Positions 34,859-45,549 of a DNA stretch of 47,162 nucleotides are shown in pieces (position 1 is the stretch's first letter; each line of letters begins with the position of its first letter). The notes beneath the pieces were generated by a model that saw nothing but the letters and a program-made list of their open reading frames with translations, ran no database searches and was not told the DNA's origin. The stretch is from the NCBI GenBank assembly GCA_947311625.1, contig CAMZKW010000006.1, forward strand, positions 1-47,162, given 5' to 3'. This DNA comes from Candidatus Campbellbacteria bacterium (lineage in GTDB: Bacteria; Patescibacteriota; Minisyncoccia; Phycocordibacterales; GCA-2747955). The translations under genes were made by a program, and so were the position numbers.

Positions 34859-35040
34859 CTTATATAGTTTTTTTGTTTTTAAAAACAAAATAGCTGGATT
34901 GCTCACGCAATCCAGCCATCAAAAACTATAAAAGGCCTGAGTTGTCAAGATATTTTCTTTAAGAATTTTAAGAAACTTTTAAAGAAAATTATCTTGGCTA
35001 AAAACAGCTGTCAAGCTTTCCAAATATCAAGGAGGATAAA

Positions 35041-35522
35041 ATGAAAGAAGAATTGTTTACAAAAAAAACACCAGCTATCGTAGAAGCAATTGCTGAGGCG
35101 AAAAAAACTGGTGGGGTTATATACAAAGACCTCGAAAGTTTCGATGCCTGGGTAAAAGTACCAAAGGCTCAGCCTACAACAAATGGAGTAGCGTGGATAT
35201 AGGGGGGAAAGAAATCCCTTATTACCATGCTGGTAAAGGAGGAGGTGAGTTGGTGGTTCTGAACATGAGTTTTTTTGGAATTTCCAATAGTGATATTGGA
35301 AGAATAATAAAATTTCATGTTTGGATAGAGGCTAAGGTTTTCCCAGTAGGTAAATTTTATTTGGGAATCAAACTGATCAAAAAAGATTTTGATGATCATG
35401 ATGTGCCCATGTTGACGGTAGTGGTAGATAATTCTCTTCCAAGAAGTACCACTGCAACTTTCCAAGCAGTTAATAACTGGAAAAAAAGCCCAATCGTTTG
35501 CTTAAGGGACAAGAAAAAATAA
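35041..35522 (+). pseudogene. Orphan class B gene split by a probable frameshift (A8 tract 35101-35108)
   Basis: GGAGG then ATG 35041; first frame stops at 35202, second frame is open 35097-35522. Confidence 0.55.
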
Positions 35523-35567
35523 CTCATTTTAAAAAGGAGGATAAAATGATATAGAGGAAATAAAAAA

Positions 35568-35741
35568 CTAGTGTAGACTACTAGGAAACCGTGATGAGCG
35601 GGAAAATCGCTGGCATACCGAGGATAGTATGTTAAAAGTTAGAAAGTGAAGAGTAGTCTATTTTTCAGACGAACTACACTTTTGATTGACTGATTAGCAG
35701 TCAATTTTGACTGCGAAAGGTTCTTTCGTGGTTCTTTTTTT
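35568..35741 (+). ncRNA. Candidate structured ncRNA/riboswitch-like element
   Basis: Nested and alternative stems, GTGATGA motif, terminator-like GCGAAAG/CTTTCGT plus T run. Confidence 0.35.
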
Positions 35742-35759
35742 GAAAAATAATAGGATGTG

Positions 35760-35784
35760 TGGGTGGCGCCGAAGGCGCCACCCA
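35760..35784. repeat. GC-rich palindrome, GAA triloop
   Basis: TGGGTGGCGCC-GAA-GGCGCCACCCA. Confidence 0.9.
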
Positions 35785-35807
35785 ACTTTTATTTATTTTT
35801 TTAAAAT

Positions 35808-35841
35808 TACGACATAAATTGCTATAGCAATTTATGTCGTA
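35808..35841. repeat. Palindrome family copy 3 of 3
   Basis: TACGACATAAATTGCTA|TAGCAATTTATGTCGTA. Confidence 0.9.
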
Positions 35842-35909
35842 GTTTATAAATACTTTAAAATATTAAAAGATAAAATATTTTATAAAAAACAATATGATAT
35901 AATTACCCA

Positions 35910-37097
35910 ATGAATGAAAAATATTTAATTGCTAACTTTGGAGAGATTTTTTTAAAAGGGAAAAATATTAGAGATTTTGAGAAAAAACTTTTTGAAAATT
36001 ATAAAGAAAATTTAGGGGAATTTTTTGAAAAAATGACTTTTGAAAGAAAGTCTGGTGGTTCTTTCTGAATTAAATTAGATGAAAAATTTAAAGAAGAAGA
36101 AATTAAAAAAATTCTAGAAATTACAAAAACAACTCCAGGTTTTGCTACCTTTTATTTAGCTTACTTTACAGAATCAACCATTGAGGCTCTATCAAAATTA
36201 GCTAAAGAAATTACTAAAAAAGAATTGGAAAAAAGAGAAATAAAAAACTTTGGAATTTTTGCCGAAAGATTGGAAAAAGGTTTAGATTTTTCTTCAAAGG
36301 AAGTGGGGCAAAAAGTTGGTTCTGCCGTTTGAGATTTAATTCCATCTGTTAATTTATCAAATTCAGAATTAAAAATAAATATAAAAATTAGGAAAGAAAA
36401 ATCTTTTATTTTTACAGAAGTACAAAGGGCAGTTGGAGGTTTACCTGTGGGGAGTTCTGGAAAAGCCATTGCAATGTTTTCCGGAGGGATTGATTCTCCC
36501 GTAGCAGCTTTTTTAGCCATGAAAAGAGGTTTAGAAATAACAGCAATACATTTCCATTCAGTTCCTCAAACAAGTCCTGAGTCCATTGAAAAGGTGAAAT
36601 CTCTAGTGAATAAATTAAAAAAATATCAAAAAAATATTAAATTAATTTTAGTTCCAATTTTAGATATTCAAAAAGAAATTGCAAAAAATTGTGATGAAAA
36701 ATTAAGATTAGTTTTATTGAGAAGAATGTTTTTAAAAGTTGCTCAGGAAATTAATTTTAGAGAAAAAATAAAAGCTAAGGCTTATATAACAGGGGATTCT
36801 TTAGGCCAGGTTGCATCGCAAACTTTAGAAAATATGATTGTCACCGGTGAGGCTATAAAAGATGGACTTCTTTATAGACCTTTAATTGCTTTTGATAAAA
36901 CAAAAATTATTGAATTGGGAAAAAAAATTGGAACCTATGAAATTTCAATTTTGCCCCACGATGATTCTTGCTCTCTATTTACACCTAAGAGGCCAGAAAC
37001 AAAAGCTAATATAAATTATACTTTGAGTGAAGAAGAAAAAATTAACTTAGAAAAATTAATTCCAGAAGTTTTAGAAAAGATTGAAATTATTGATTAA
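35910..37097 (+). CDS. thiI: tRNA 4-thiouridine synthase ThiI, UGA=Trp
   Basis: GEIFLKGKN, THUMP region, GGLPVG, SGGIDSPVA, GDSLGQVASQT, RPLI. Confidence 0.94.
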
Positions 37098-37146
37098 TTT
37101 CTTTCTTTGTGTTAAAATATTTTTAGATTAAAAAAAAAGAGATAGA

Positions 37147-37530
37147 ATGAATTATTCTATGATAAAATCTTACAAAGAAACTTTGAGCGAGACCATGCAA
37201 TCGTTGGAATGTAAGTACGGTCACCCTTGCATAGAAGGACTTGAAAAAGCTGTTTATGTTGAAGACATATGTGAAATAAAAATGGCAAAAAAAATGAATG
37301 AGTTGAATTACAGTAGTAATAATATAAATTCAATGCCCACTATTGTTAAAACAACAGTTTTTTCTCACGGAGAAAGAAAATTGTCTTGGACAATATACTA
37401 TTCCATTGAACTACGAGATGATTTTTACTACCTAAACTATTTGGGTAGCAAACCTAATTTTGAAAATAATTATGGTGCAGTTCTAGATAAATATTATTTG
37501 CCTAAAACAAAATACCGTAATGCTTATTAA
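37147..37530 (+). CDS. Orphan hypothetical protein (class B operon)
   Basis: 127-aa ORF, atypical codons, TGG Trp. Confidence 0.65.
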   Translation: MNYSMIKSYKETLSETMQSLECKYGHPCIEGLEKAVYVEDICEIKMAKKMNELNYSSNNINSMPTIVKTTVFSHGERKLSWTIYYSIELRDDFYYLNYLGSKPNFENNYGAVLDKYYLPKTKYRNAY

Positions 37531-37544
37531 AGAAAGGAGATAAA

Positions 37545-37649
37545 ATGACAGAGATGTTGATGGGCTATATTGTTCCAATTATTGTAATTGGGGCTATAAT
37601 TCTAATGCCATTTATGGCATGGGATATGGCAAATGGGAGTAAAAAATGA
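37545..37649 (+). CDS. Small TM peptide (34 aa, class B)
   Basis: AAAGGAG SD; MTEMLMGYIVPIIVIGAIILMPFMAWDMANGSKK; ends TGA in an ATGA overlap. Confidence 0.6.
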   Translation: MTEMLMGYIVPIIVIGAIILMPFMAWDMANGSKK

Positions 37650-37795
37650 ATTTCGGTATTTGCTTTTTAATTCTATGTGGAATATTTCTTATTCTAGGAT
37701 TTATTGTCTTTATTGTTAATTGGATTGACGATAGAAGATTTAAAAAAGAAAAGGAGTTTGAAGATTATATGAGACACTGGAATTCAGATTTATGA
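37646..37795 (+). CDS. Small TM peptide (49 aa, class B)
   Basis: GGGAG SD; hydrophobic N-terminus; 2 TGG; ends TGA inside terminator stem 37777-37808. Confidence 0.6.
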   Translation: MNFGICFLILCGIFLILGFIVFIVNWIDDRRFKKEKEFEDYMRHWNSDL

Positions 37796-37808
37796 ATTCC
37801 GGTTTTTT

Positions 37809-37865
37809 ATTTTTAAAATAATTTTGCACCGCTGCGAAGCAGCGGTGCAAAATTATTTTAAAAAT
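37809..37865. repeat. Perfect 27-bp-stem palindrome, GAA triloop
   Basis: ATTTTTAAAATAATTTTGCACCGCTGC-GAA-GCAGCGGTGCAAAATTATTTTAAAAAT. Confidence 0.92.
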
Positions 37866-37882
37866 GATATAATTTATAAATT

Positions 37883-38428
37883 ATGGATTTTACAAAATTT
37901 AAAAATGATATTGAAGAAGTAAAAAACTTTCTTCAAAAAGAATTTGCAGGAATTAGAACTGGAGCAGCTTCTGTTTCAATTCTTGACCCAATTAAGGTTG
38001 AAGCCTATGGAGCTCAAATGCCCGTTGATCAACTTGCTTCAATTAGCGTTGAAGGAGCAACAAGTATTTTAGTGACACCTTTTGATACTTCAATAGCTGG
38101 AGAAATTGAAAAGGCAATTACAAATTCAGGAACTGGATTAGCTGTTTCAAATTCAGGATCATCAATTAGACTATCTTTTCCAGGATTAACAGCTGACAGG
38201 AGGGTTATGTTGGTAAAATTAGCAAAGGAAAAATTAGAAACAGCAAGGGTTTCTTTAAGGAATGCTAGAGATGATATTAGGAATGATATTTTAAAACAAG
38301 AAAAAGATGGTGAGATTTCTGAAGATGATAAATTTAGATTTACTGAAGAAATGGAAAAAATTTCCAAAGAGGCTTCAAAAAATTTAGATGATATGTATGA
38401 GATAAAAGAAAAAGAAATTCAAGAATAA
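37883..38428 (+). CDS. frr: Ribosome recycling factor
   Basis: IRTGAAS..VEAYG, ARVSLRNARDD, ISEDD, KEKEI. Confidence 0.95.
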   Translation: MDFTKFKNDIEEVKNFLQKEFAGIRTGAASVSILDPIKVEAYGAQMPVDQLASISVEGATSILVTPFDTSIAGEIEKAITNSGTGLAVSNSGSSIRLSFPGLTADRRVMLVKLAKEKLETARVSLRNARDDIRNDILKQEKDGEISEDDKFRFTEEMEKISKEASKNLDDMYEIKEKEIQE

Positions 38429-38509
38429 ATTATTTATAAATATATCTTTTTTTTATTTTAAAAATATGATAAAATATAATTATTAATAATATAATATAAT
38501 ATAATATAA

Positions 38510-38725
<216 letters not shown>

Positions 38726-38735
38726 TTAGAATAAT

Positions 38736-39176
38736 ATGGATCAAATTATTGAAAAATTTGGAATTGATTGAAAAATTTTTTTAGCTGAAGTTATTAACTT
38801 TTTAGTATTATTATTGATTTTATCATTTTTCTTTTATAAGAAAATATTTTCTGTAATTGAAGAGAGACAGAAAAAAATAGATGATGGTTTAAAGAAATCA
38901 GAAGAAGCTCAAAGAATTTTAGAAGATGCAGAAAATAAAAAAAAAGATATTATAGTGGATGCTAGGGATGAAGCCAACAAAAAAATAGATAAAGCTATTG
39001 AGATTGCTAAAATTAAAAAAGAAGATCTAATACTAAAGGCAAAAAAAGAATCAGAAAGAATAATAAACTCTTCAAGAAAGTTTGGAGAAGAAGAAAAAGA
39101 AAAAATTATCAATTCATCAAAAGATGAGATTTCAAAAATGGTTGTTCTAGGAGTTGAAAAAATATTGAAAGGGTAA
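38736..39176 (+). CDS. atpF: ATP synthase b subunit, UGA=Trp
   Basis: FGID*KIFLAEVINF, ERQKKIDDGL, coiled coil. Confidence 0.9.
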
Positions 39177-39206
39177 TTTTTTTTTTAAATATGTTAAAAT
39201 ATATTT

Positions 39207-40898
39207 ATGAATATTACTTTTAATGAAGATACACCCCAATTGCAAAAATTAAAAAAAATTAAGATAAAATCAGAGGAAAAATTAATTAAAATATTTGCAG
39301 AAAATGCTGGTTTAAAATATGTAGATTTAAGTTTAAAATCAATTAATACTGACGCACTAAAATTAATACCAGAAGAAAGGGCTAAAGCAGGTGGTATGGC
39401 AGTTTTTGACATGCAAGACAAGAAGGTTGATATAGCATTGAGATCTCCTTTGCCTCAAAAAACTCAAGAAGAAATAGAAAAATTAAAAGATAAAAAATAT
39501 AAACCAACTATTTATATTGCATCAAAAAAATCATTGAAAAAGGCATGATCAAGATATGGAGATATTTCATATTCTGTTAAAACAGAAAAAGGAATAATTG
39601 ATTTATCTTCCGCTGATATTCAAGATGTTTTAGAAGAAATTAAAATATTAGATGATGCAAAAAATATTTTAAAAGAAGCTGTTAATTCAAATAAATCATA
39701 TAGGATTTCTAAAATAATAGAATTATTTCTTTATGCTGCTTATGCTCTGGGTGCATCCGATGTTCATATTGAAACATCAGAAGATGATGCAAGAGTTAGA
39801 TTTAGAATGGATGGTATTTTAACGGAAGTTGTAAAATTTGATATGAAAACTTTTAACAGAATTCTTAATAGAATTAAGCTTACTGCTGGTTTAAAAATAT
39901 CAATTAAAAATAATGCCCAAGATGGCCGTTTTACTATTCGTTTAGCAGATTTAGAATTAGAGATCAGAACATCAACGCTTCCAGATGCCTATGGTGAGTC
40001 TATAGTTATGAGGCTTTTAGACCCAAAAGCTATCTCTGTTCCAATGGAAAGACTTGGTTTTCTACCATATTTTCAAGAAATTGTTTTAAATGAAATAAAT
40101 AAACCAAATGGTATGGTTATAAATACTGGTCCAACTGGTTCAGGTAAATCTACAACACTTTTTGCTTTGTTAAAAAAATTAATTAAACCTGAAAATAAAA
40201 TTTTAACTATTGAAAATCCCATAGAGTATCATGTTAAGGGAATAACTCAGTCCCAGGTTAATGTTGAAAAAGGATTTACTTTTTTAAATGGTCTGAGGGC
40301 TGCTCTTAGACAGGACCCCGATGTTATTATGGTTGGAGAGATTAGAGATGGCGAGACAGCTTCCATTGCTGTTAATGCTGCCTTAACGGGTCATCTCGTA
40401 TTTTCTACATTACATACAAACTCAGCAGCTGGAGCTTTTCCAAGGTTTATGGAATTAGGCGTTAATCCAAAAATTTTAGCTACTGCTATGAATATGGTTA
40501 TTGCGCAAAGGCTTGTTAGAAAACTTTGTTCTTTTTGTAAAACTCAAGTGGATGCATCTGATAAAAAAAATAAAAGGCAGATTGATAAAATTGTAGATAT
40601 TTATTCATCCATAGAAAATAAAGATAGGTTTGTAGATACTTCTATTAAACATAAAATATATAAAGCTGTAGGTTGTAAAAAATGTAATAATACTGGATTT
40701 AAAGGGCGAGTGGCTGTTGTGGAAGGAGTTATTATGGATGAAAAACTAGAGGTTCTTTTGGCAACCGAACCAACGGAAAGAGAAATTGTAGCAAATACTA
40801 GACATCAAGGGATTTTGAGTTTAAAAGAAGATGCTATTATTAAAATAGTTTCAGGAGTAACATCCTATGAGGAAGTTTTAAGAGTTGTAGAGTTATAG
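39207..40898 (+). CDS. pilB: Type IV pilus/T2SS assembly ATPase (PilB/GspE), UGA=Trp
   Basis: ASDVHIE, AQDGRF, GPTGSGKSTT, LRQDPDVIMVGEIRD, TGHLVFSTLHTN, CxxC pairs. Confidence 0.9.
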
Positions 40899-40922
40899 TT
40901 TTTTTATGATATAATTTTTCGT

Positions 40923-42669
40923 ATGAAAAGAATTTTTTTGTTTTTAATAATTTTATTTGGTTTTTCTTTTTCAATTTTTGCTGAGGAGATTAAAAATTAT
41001 GAGGTTGATTTACATTTGAATAAAGATTCATCTATTGATATGGAGGAAAAAATTAATTATCATTTTGGGTCTTTTTACAGGCGTGGGATTTATAGATACA
41101 TTCCATATACTTTTGAAGTTAAAGGGCAGAAAAATAAAAAATAGTGTATCTAAGAGAAAAATTAAGATTGAAAATTTTCAAGTTTATAGAGATGGAATGG
41201 CAGAAAATATTGCTGAATTAGATGAAAATTCTAATGGACAATTTTTCGCTAAAATTGGAAGAAAAAATCAAACAATTACAGGCGAACATAAGTATATTTT
41301 AAAATACAAAGTCCGTGGTTCAATTAGGTATTTTGATAATTTTGATGAAGTTTATTGAAATGCCATGGGAACTGGATGAACTATTCCAATTAAAAAGGCA
41401 AAGATAAATTTGTATTTTGATCAATGGGAATTTAAGGATAAATCTTGTTATCAGGGAAGATTAAAATCAACTGAAAAATGTGATATTCAGGGAAATACTT
41501 TTTATTCCACAAGGGTTTTAAATTCAGGAGAGGGTTTGACTGTTGTGGCTTCTTTTAATAAAGGCTTGGTAAAAAAAGAAATTTTTTGAGATGAAAATGT
41601 TTTAAAAATTTGATGAAAGGAAATTTTAGCCTTTTTAGCAACTCTAATTTCTGGGATTGGTTATTGGATTTATTCTTATAAAAACAAATATAATCCACAC
41701 AAGCCAATTATTCCAATTTATGAACCTTATCAAAATTACCACCCAACTTTAACCGGTTACTTAATTGATGGGAAGTTGGATGGTAGAGATTTGACTGCTG
41801 GTATAATTTCTTTAGCACAGAAAGGTTATATTAAGATTAAAAGAACAACAGAAAAAGTTTTATTTTTTGATGTCGATAATTACGAGTTTATTCTTTTAAA
41901 AGAGACAGATGAAAATACCGATAAATTAGATAGATTTTTAATTGAGTTTTTATTTAGTAATAAAACTTTTGATGATATTATTAATTTGATAAGTTCTAAA
42001 GAAAAGGAAGATAAGTGGGATAAAGAAAGATTGGATAAGTCGGTTAAGTTGTCAGATTTAAAGATGGTAACCCATCAACTTTATGCACAAAAAAAAGAAA
42101 TTGATAAATTTTTAGAGAAATATTCAGAAATTAGTAGTTTTATTGAAAAAAATTCTTTTGTTAGGATATTTGTTAGGATAATAATCTTTATGTCTCCGAT
42201 AGCTGCACTTTTGGTTTCATTATTTAAAAATTTTAATTTTGTATTTTTTGTCTCTGCATTAATTTTTCTAAGTTTTTTATTGATGGCATTTTTAGCAAAA
42301 AGAAAAACTAGAAAAGGTTGAGAGGTTGAAAATAATTTAAAAGGATTTAAGAAATTTTTATCTTATACAGAAAAGGAAAGAATAGAAATAATTAATAGTC
42401 CAGCACAAAATCCAGAGGAATTTTTAAAATATTTAGCTTATGCTATCGCCTTTAAGGTTGATGATAAATGACAAAAACAATTCCAAAATATTACAATTTT
42501 ACAACCAGATTGGTATGTTGGATCTGGTCCATTTGTAGCAGGAAATTTTGTTTCAGATATTTCTAATTTTAGTGATGCAATTAACTCAGTTACAACAGCG
42601 GCTTATAGTTCCGGAGGCGGGGGGTTCTCTGGCGGTGGAGGTGGAGGTGGAGGAGGTGGTTCTTGGTAG
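40923..42669 (+). CDS. DUF2207 membrane protein with one frameshift near 41130-41141
   Basis: RRGIYRYIP, DEVY*NAMGTG*, YAIAFKV, Gly-rich GGGGGGSW C-terminus; upstream of lemA. Confidence 0.82.
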
Positions 42670-42982
42670 AATCGCTTTTTTTACTAAAACTTTTTAAAAA
42701 TAAGTGTTACAGTGTTACGTAATATTGTAACACTTTAATATTATTTTTATTGAATTTGTTAGTTAATTTTTCTTTTAAATAATAAATATTTTATAAAATA
42801 TTTAGTACTCAATAAATTAAGTTATTAATTATCTGGTATATTGTAAAATATTTTTTTTAAAAAAATATAATATCAAGTTCAGATTCAAATTTAAGTTGTA
42901 GTTTTTTTTTTTGCTATAATTTAGATATTATAAGTTGGGACTGGTGGCGAAGATACCAGCTAAAAAATAATTAAATAAAAAC

Positions 42983-43564
42983 ATGACAATTATATATGCA
43001 ATCATCGGAGCAGTTGTGGCTATTTTAGCCTGAGTCGCTGGATCCTATAACTCATTGGTTAAGGCAAAACTTTTGGTTGAATCATCATGGGCTGATATTG
43101 ATACTCTTTTGAAAAAAAGATTTGATCTAATTCCAAATTTAATTGAAACAATTAAAGGATATACAGATTATGAAAAATCAACCTTAGAAGAGGTTGTAGA
43201 AGCAAGAACAAAAGCAAGTCAAATTAATATTGATATTTCGAAGGCTACTCCTGAGCAAATGCAAGCATTTCAGGCAAGTCAGTCAGAATTATCAAAAGGT
43301 TTAGGGAAATTATTTGCTTTGGCAGAGGCATATCCAGACTTAAAAGCAAATCAATCATTTTTAGATTTACAGGCTCAATTACAACAAATTGAAACTGAAA
43401 TCAATATGGGGAGAAGAATGTATAATGGGGCAGTGAGAAAATTTAATGAATTAGTTCAAATGTTTCCATCAAATATTATTGCAAATATTTTTGGTTTTGC
43501 TAATAAAAAATTCTTTGAAATTGAAAACGAAGAAGAAAGAAAAAATGTTAAGGTTAAATTCTAA
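42983..43564 (+). CDS. lemA: LemA family protein, UGA=Trp
   Basis: N-terminal TM, KRFDLIPNL, EAYPDLKANQSF, FPSNIIA. Confidence 0.93.
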
Positions 43565-43586
43565 ATATCTTTTTTAATTTGAATAG

Positions 43587-43657
43587 AGGCTCACTGACTT
43601 CATCAGCGAGCCTTGTAAGTATTGTTTGAAAATATCTTGATAAAAAACGATTATAAT
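43587..43657 (+). promoter_or_regulatory. Degenerate hairpin plus collapsed class B promoter
   Basis: AGGCTC.CTGA-CTTCA-TCAG.GAGCCT; TTGATA-A6-CGAT-TATAAT with a 9-nt spacer. Confidence 0.4.
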
Positions 43658-43810
43658 TTATTTAAACTAAAAATAAAAAATAGAGTAGTTAACCTAAAAA
43701 AAGGGCAAAAATGAAAATATTTCTCAAAAACTTTTTTTTAATGAAATAAAAAATTATAAACCCATTAAAAAATATTTTTAATTTCTTTTTTTTGTTATAA
43801 TAAAGATATT

Positions 43811-44707
43811 ATGAAAACAAAAGAACAATTATGGGGAGAAATAAAACAAGAGCCTCAAAAAGATTTAGATAATAATCAAAATATTATTGAATATAAGTAT
43901 GTTGGTTTTTGATACAGGAGTGGGATGTTTATATTAGATTTTTTATTATCTTTCTTTTCTTTAATATTATTTTTAGCGGGATGATATTATGAAGATTATA
44001 TAATGACTGATAATATGGTCGGAGTTTTTATTTTATTTCTGATAGTCAATATATTTATTGTTTTTTATAATTTATATCTTTATTATACACAAGGGCAGAG
44101 TATTATGTATAAACTTGCCGGAGTAAAAATTGTAGATGAATTTAATTATCAAAAGCCAGGTAATTGAAAACTTTTTAGTAGGTTCAGTTTTAAATTATTA
44201 TTATTAGTTTTGATATTTATTCCATATGTAAATTTCATAGGAATATTAGTATGAGCTTTTATGATTGGATTATCAAAGAAAAAACAAGGACCACACGATG
44301 ATATTACAAATACAATCGTAATCATACCTAGAAATAGATCATATAAAAACATTTTTTTTGTTAGTGGAATATTACTACCAATATTGCTTATAAGTTGGAT
44401 TGTTACGGGGATAAATGATACAGAAAATAAAGAAAATGAAGAATTTTGAGCTCATTTAGAGTTCCAAAAAAGTATGTTATATCAAATGCCAAAAGAGGCT
44501 AATAAATATATTAGTCATAGAAAAAGTTATAAAGGATTTTGCTCTAGTTATTTTAATCTTATTATTGACAATGTATGTGTTGACACAGATGATAATATTT
44601 TGAATGCCTATGAAATAGAACCGAATCAGTATTTATGTATTACACTAAAAGATGAAAAGGTGGTAAGCACGAATAGAATAGACTTAATCAATTTAAAATG
44701 TAAATAA
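43811..44707 (+). CDS. RDD family membrane protein, UGA=Trp
   Basis: YVGF*YR..ILD, GQSIMYKLAGVKIVD, KKQGPHD; joins track ORFs 44261 and 44474. Confidence 0.85.
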
Positions 44708-44833
44708 AAGTTGTAAAATTATTACAACTTTTTTTATGTTATAATTTAAAAATGAAACATAAAGGTAAGCCCAGTACTTTAAAGTTTTTGATAAAAAGAA
44801 TAAAAAATTAAAGAATTATAATTTATAAATTTT

Positions 44834-44862
44834 AAAAGAGCGCGCCTTCGGCGCGCTCTTTT
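44834..44862. repeat. GC-rich palindrome, GAA triloop on - strand
   Basis: AAAAGAGCGCGCC-TTC-GGCGCGCTCTTTT. Confidence 0.9.
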
Positions 44863-44900
44863 TAAATAAAAAATTTACTCACAACTTTGTCAATATTATA

Positions 44901-44929
44901 TTGACAAAAAAAAAAAAAACGATTATAAT
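44901..44929 (+). promoter_or_regulatory. Consensus sigma70 promoter with poly-A spacer
   Basis: TTGACA 44901-44906, A14 run, CGAT, TATAAT 44924-44929 (17-nt spacer). Confidence 0.8.
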
Positions 44930-44987
44930 TCATCTAGACTAAAAATAAAAAAGGGATTGGTCATCCATTGTTCAGAAAGGAGCAAAA

Positions 44988-45290
44988 ATGGAGAAGTTAA
45001 CCCAAGAAGAAGGTGTCACCGAAGAAGATATTTTGAATGCTATGAAAGAATTTAAAGCCTCCTGGGATGAATCTATGAAAGAATTTAAAGCCTCTATGGA
45101 TAGATTGGAAGCCTCCTGGGAGGAATTTACTGCAGAACTTTCAAAAAAAATTGATAGAAACAGTAGATCAATTGCCGATATAAATAATAGAGGTGGGAGA
45201 ATAGGACCTCCTGGCTTCAGAGAAGCTTTAGGTCATGGCAGCGCCGTAGGTGGCCCTAATAGAATGGTTAATAGAGCATATTATAGGTAA
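44988..45290 (+). CDS. Orphan coiled-coil protein with 11-aa repeats (class B)
   Basis: AAAGGAG SD; 22-nt repeat at 45040-45061 and 45073-45094; 2 TGG. Confidence 0.75.
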   Translation: MEKLTQEEGVTEEDILNAMKEFKASWDESMKEFKASMDRLEASWEEFTAELSKKIDRNSRSIADINNRGGRIGPPGFREALGHGSAVGGPNRMVNRAYYR

Positions 45291-45437
45291 CTTCTCGGGT
45301 TCGCATTCATTTGTGAACCTAATTTTGTGGAAAAAATCTTGCAAAATAAAGTATTTATGATAAAATATCTCTATTGAAATTTAAATTTTATTTGAGTTTC
45401 ACTATAAGGTATTTCAATCCCCTTTGAAATACCTTAT

Positions 45438-45511
45438 GCGGCCGTAGCTCAATTGGTTAGAGCACCCGCCTGTCACGCGGGAGGCTGAGAGTTCGAGTCT
45501 CTTCGGCCGCG
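45438..45511 (+). tRNA. tRNA-Asp(GTC)
   Basis: GCGGCCG/CGGCCGC acceptor, CCCGC-CT-GTC-AC-GCGGG, GTTCGAGTC. Confidence 0.94.
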
Positions 45512-45549
45512 CAATAAAAAATGTATAGGCATTTTTTTTATTAAAAAAA

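Noticed and set aside
35588..35610. Hammerhead ribozyme (TGATGAG..GAAA)
   Set aside because: Core is GTGATGA rather than CTGATGA, and I could not build the three required stems
41130..41144. Programmed frameshift in the DUF2207 gene
   Set aside because: Single event in short A runs with no stimulatory structure; cannot be distinguished from a sequencing error or simple mutation
42702..42735. Regulatory operator AAGTGTTACAGTGTTACGTAATATTGTAACACTT
   Set aside because: Imperfect palindrome seen once, just after the DUF2207 stop; terminator or chance cannot be excluded
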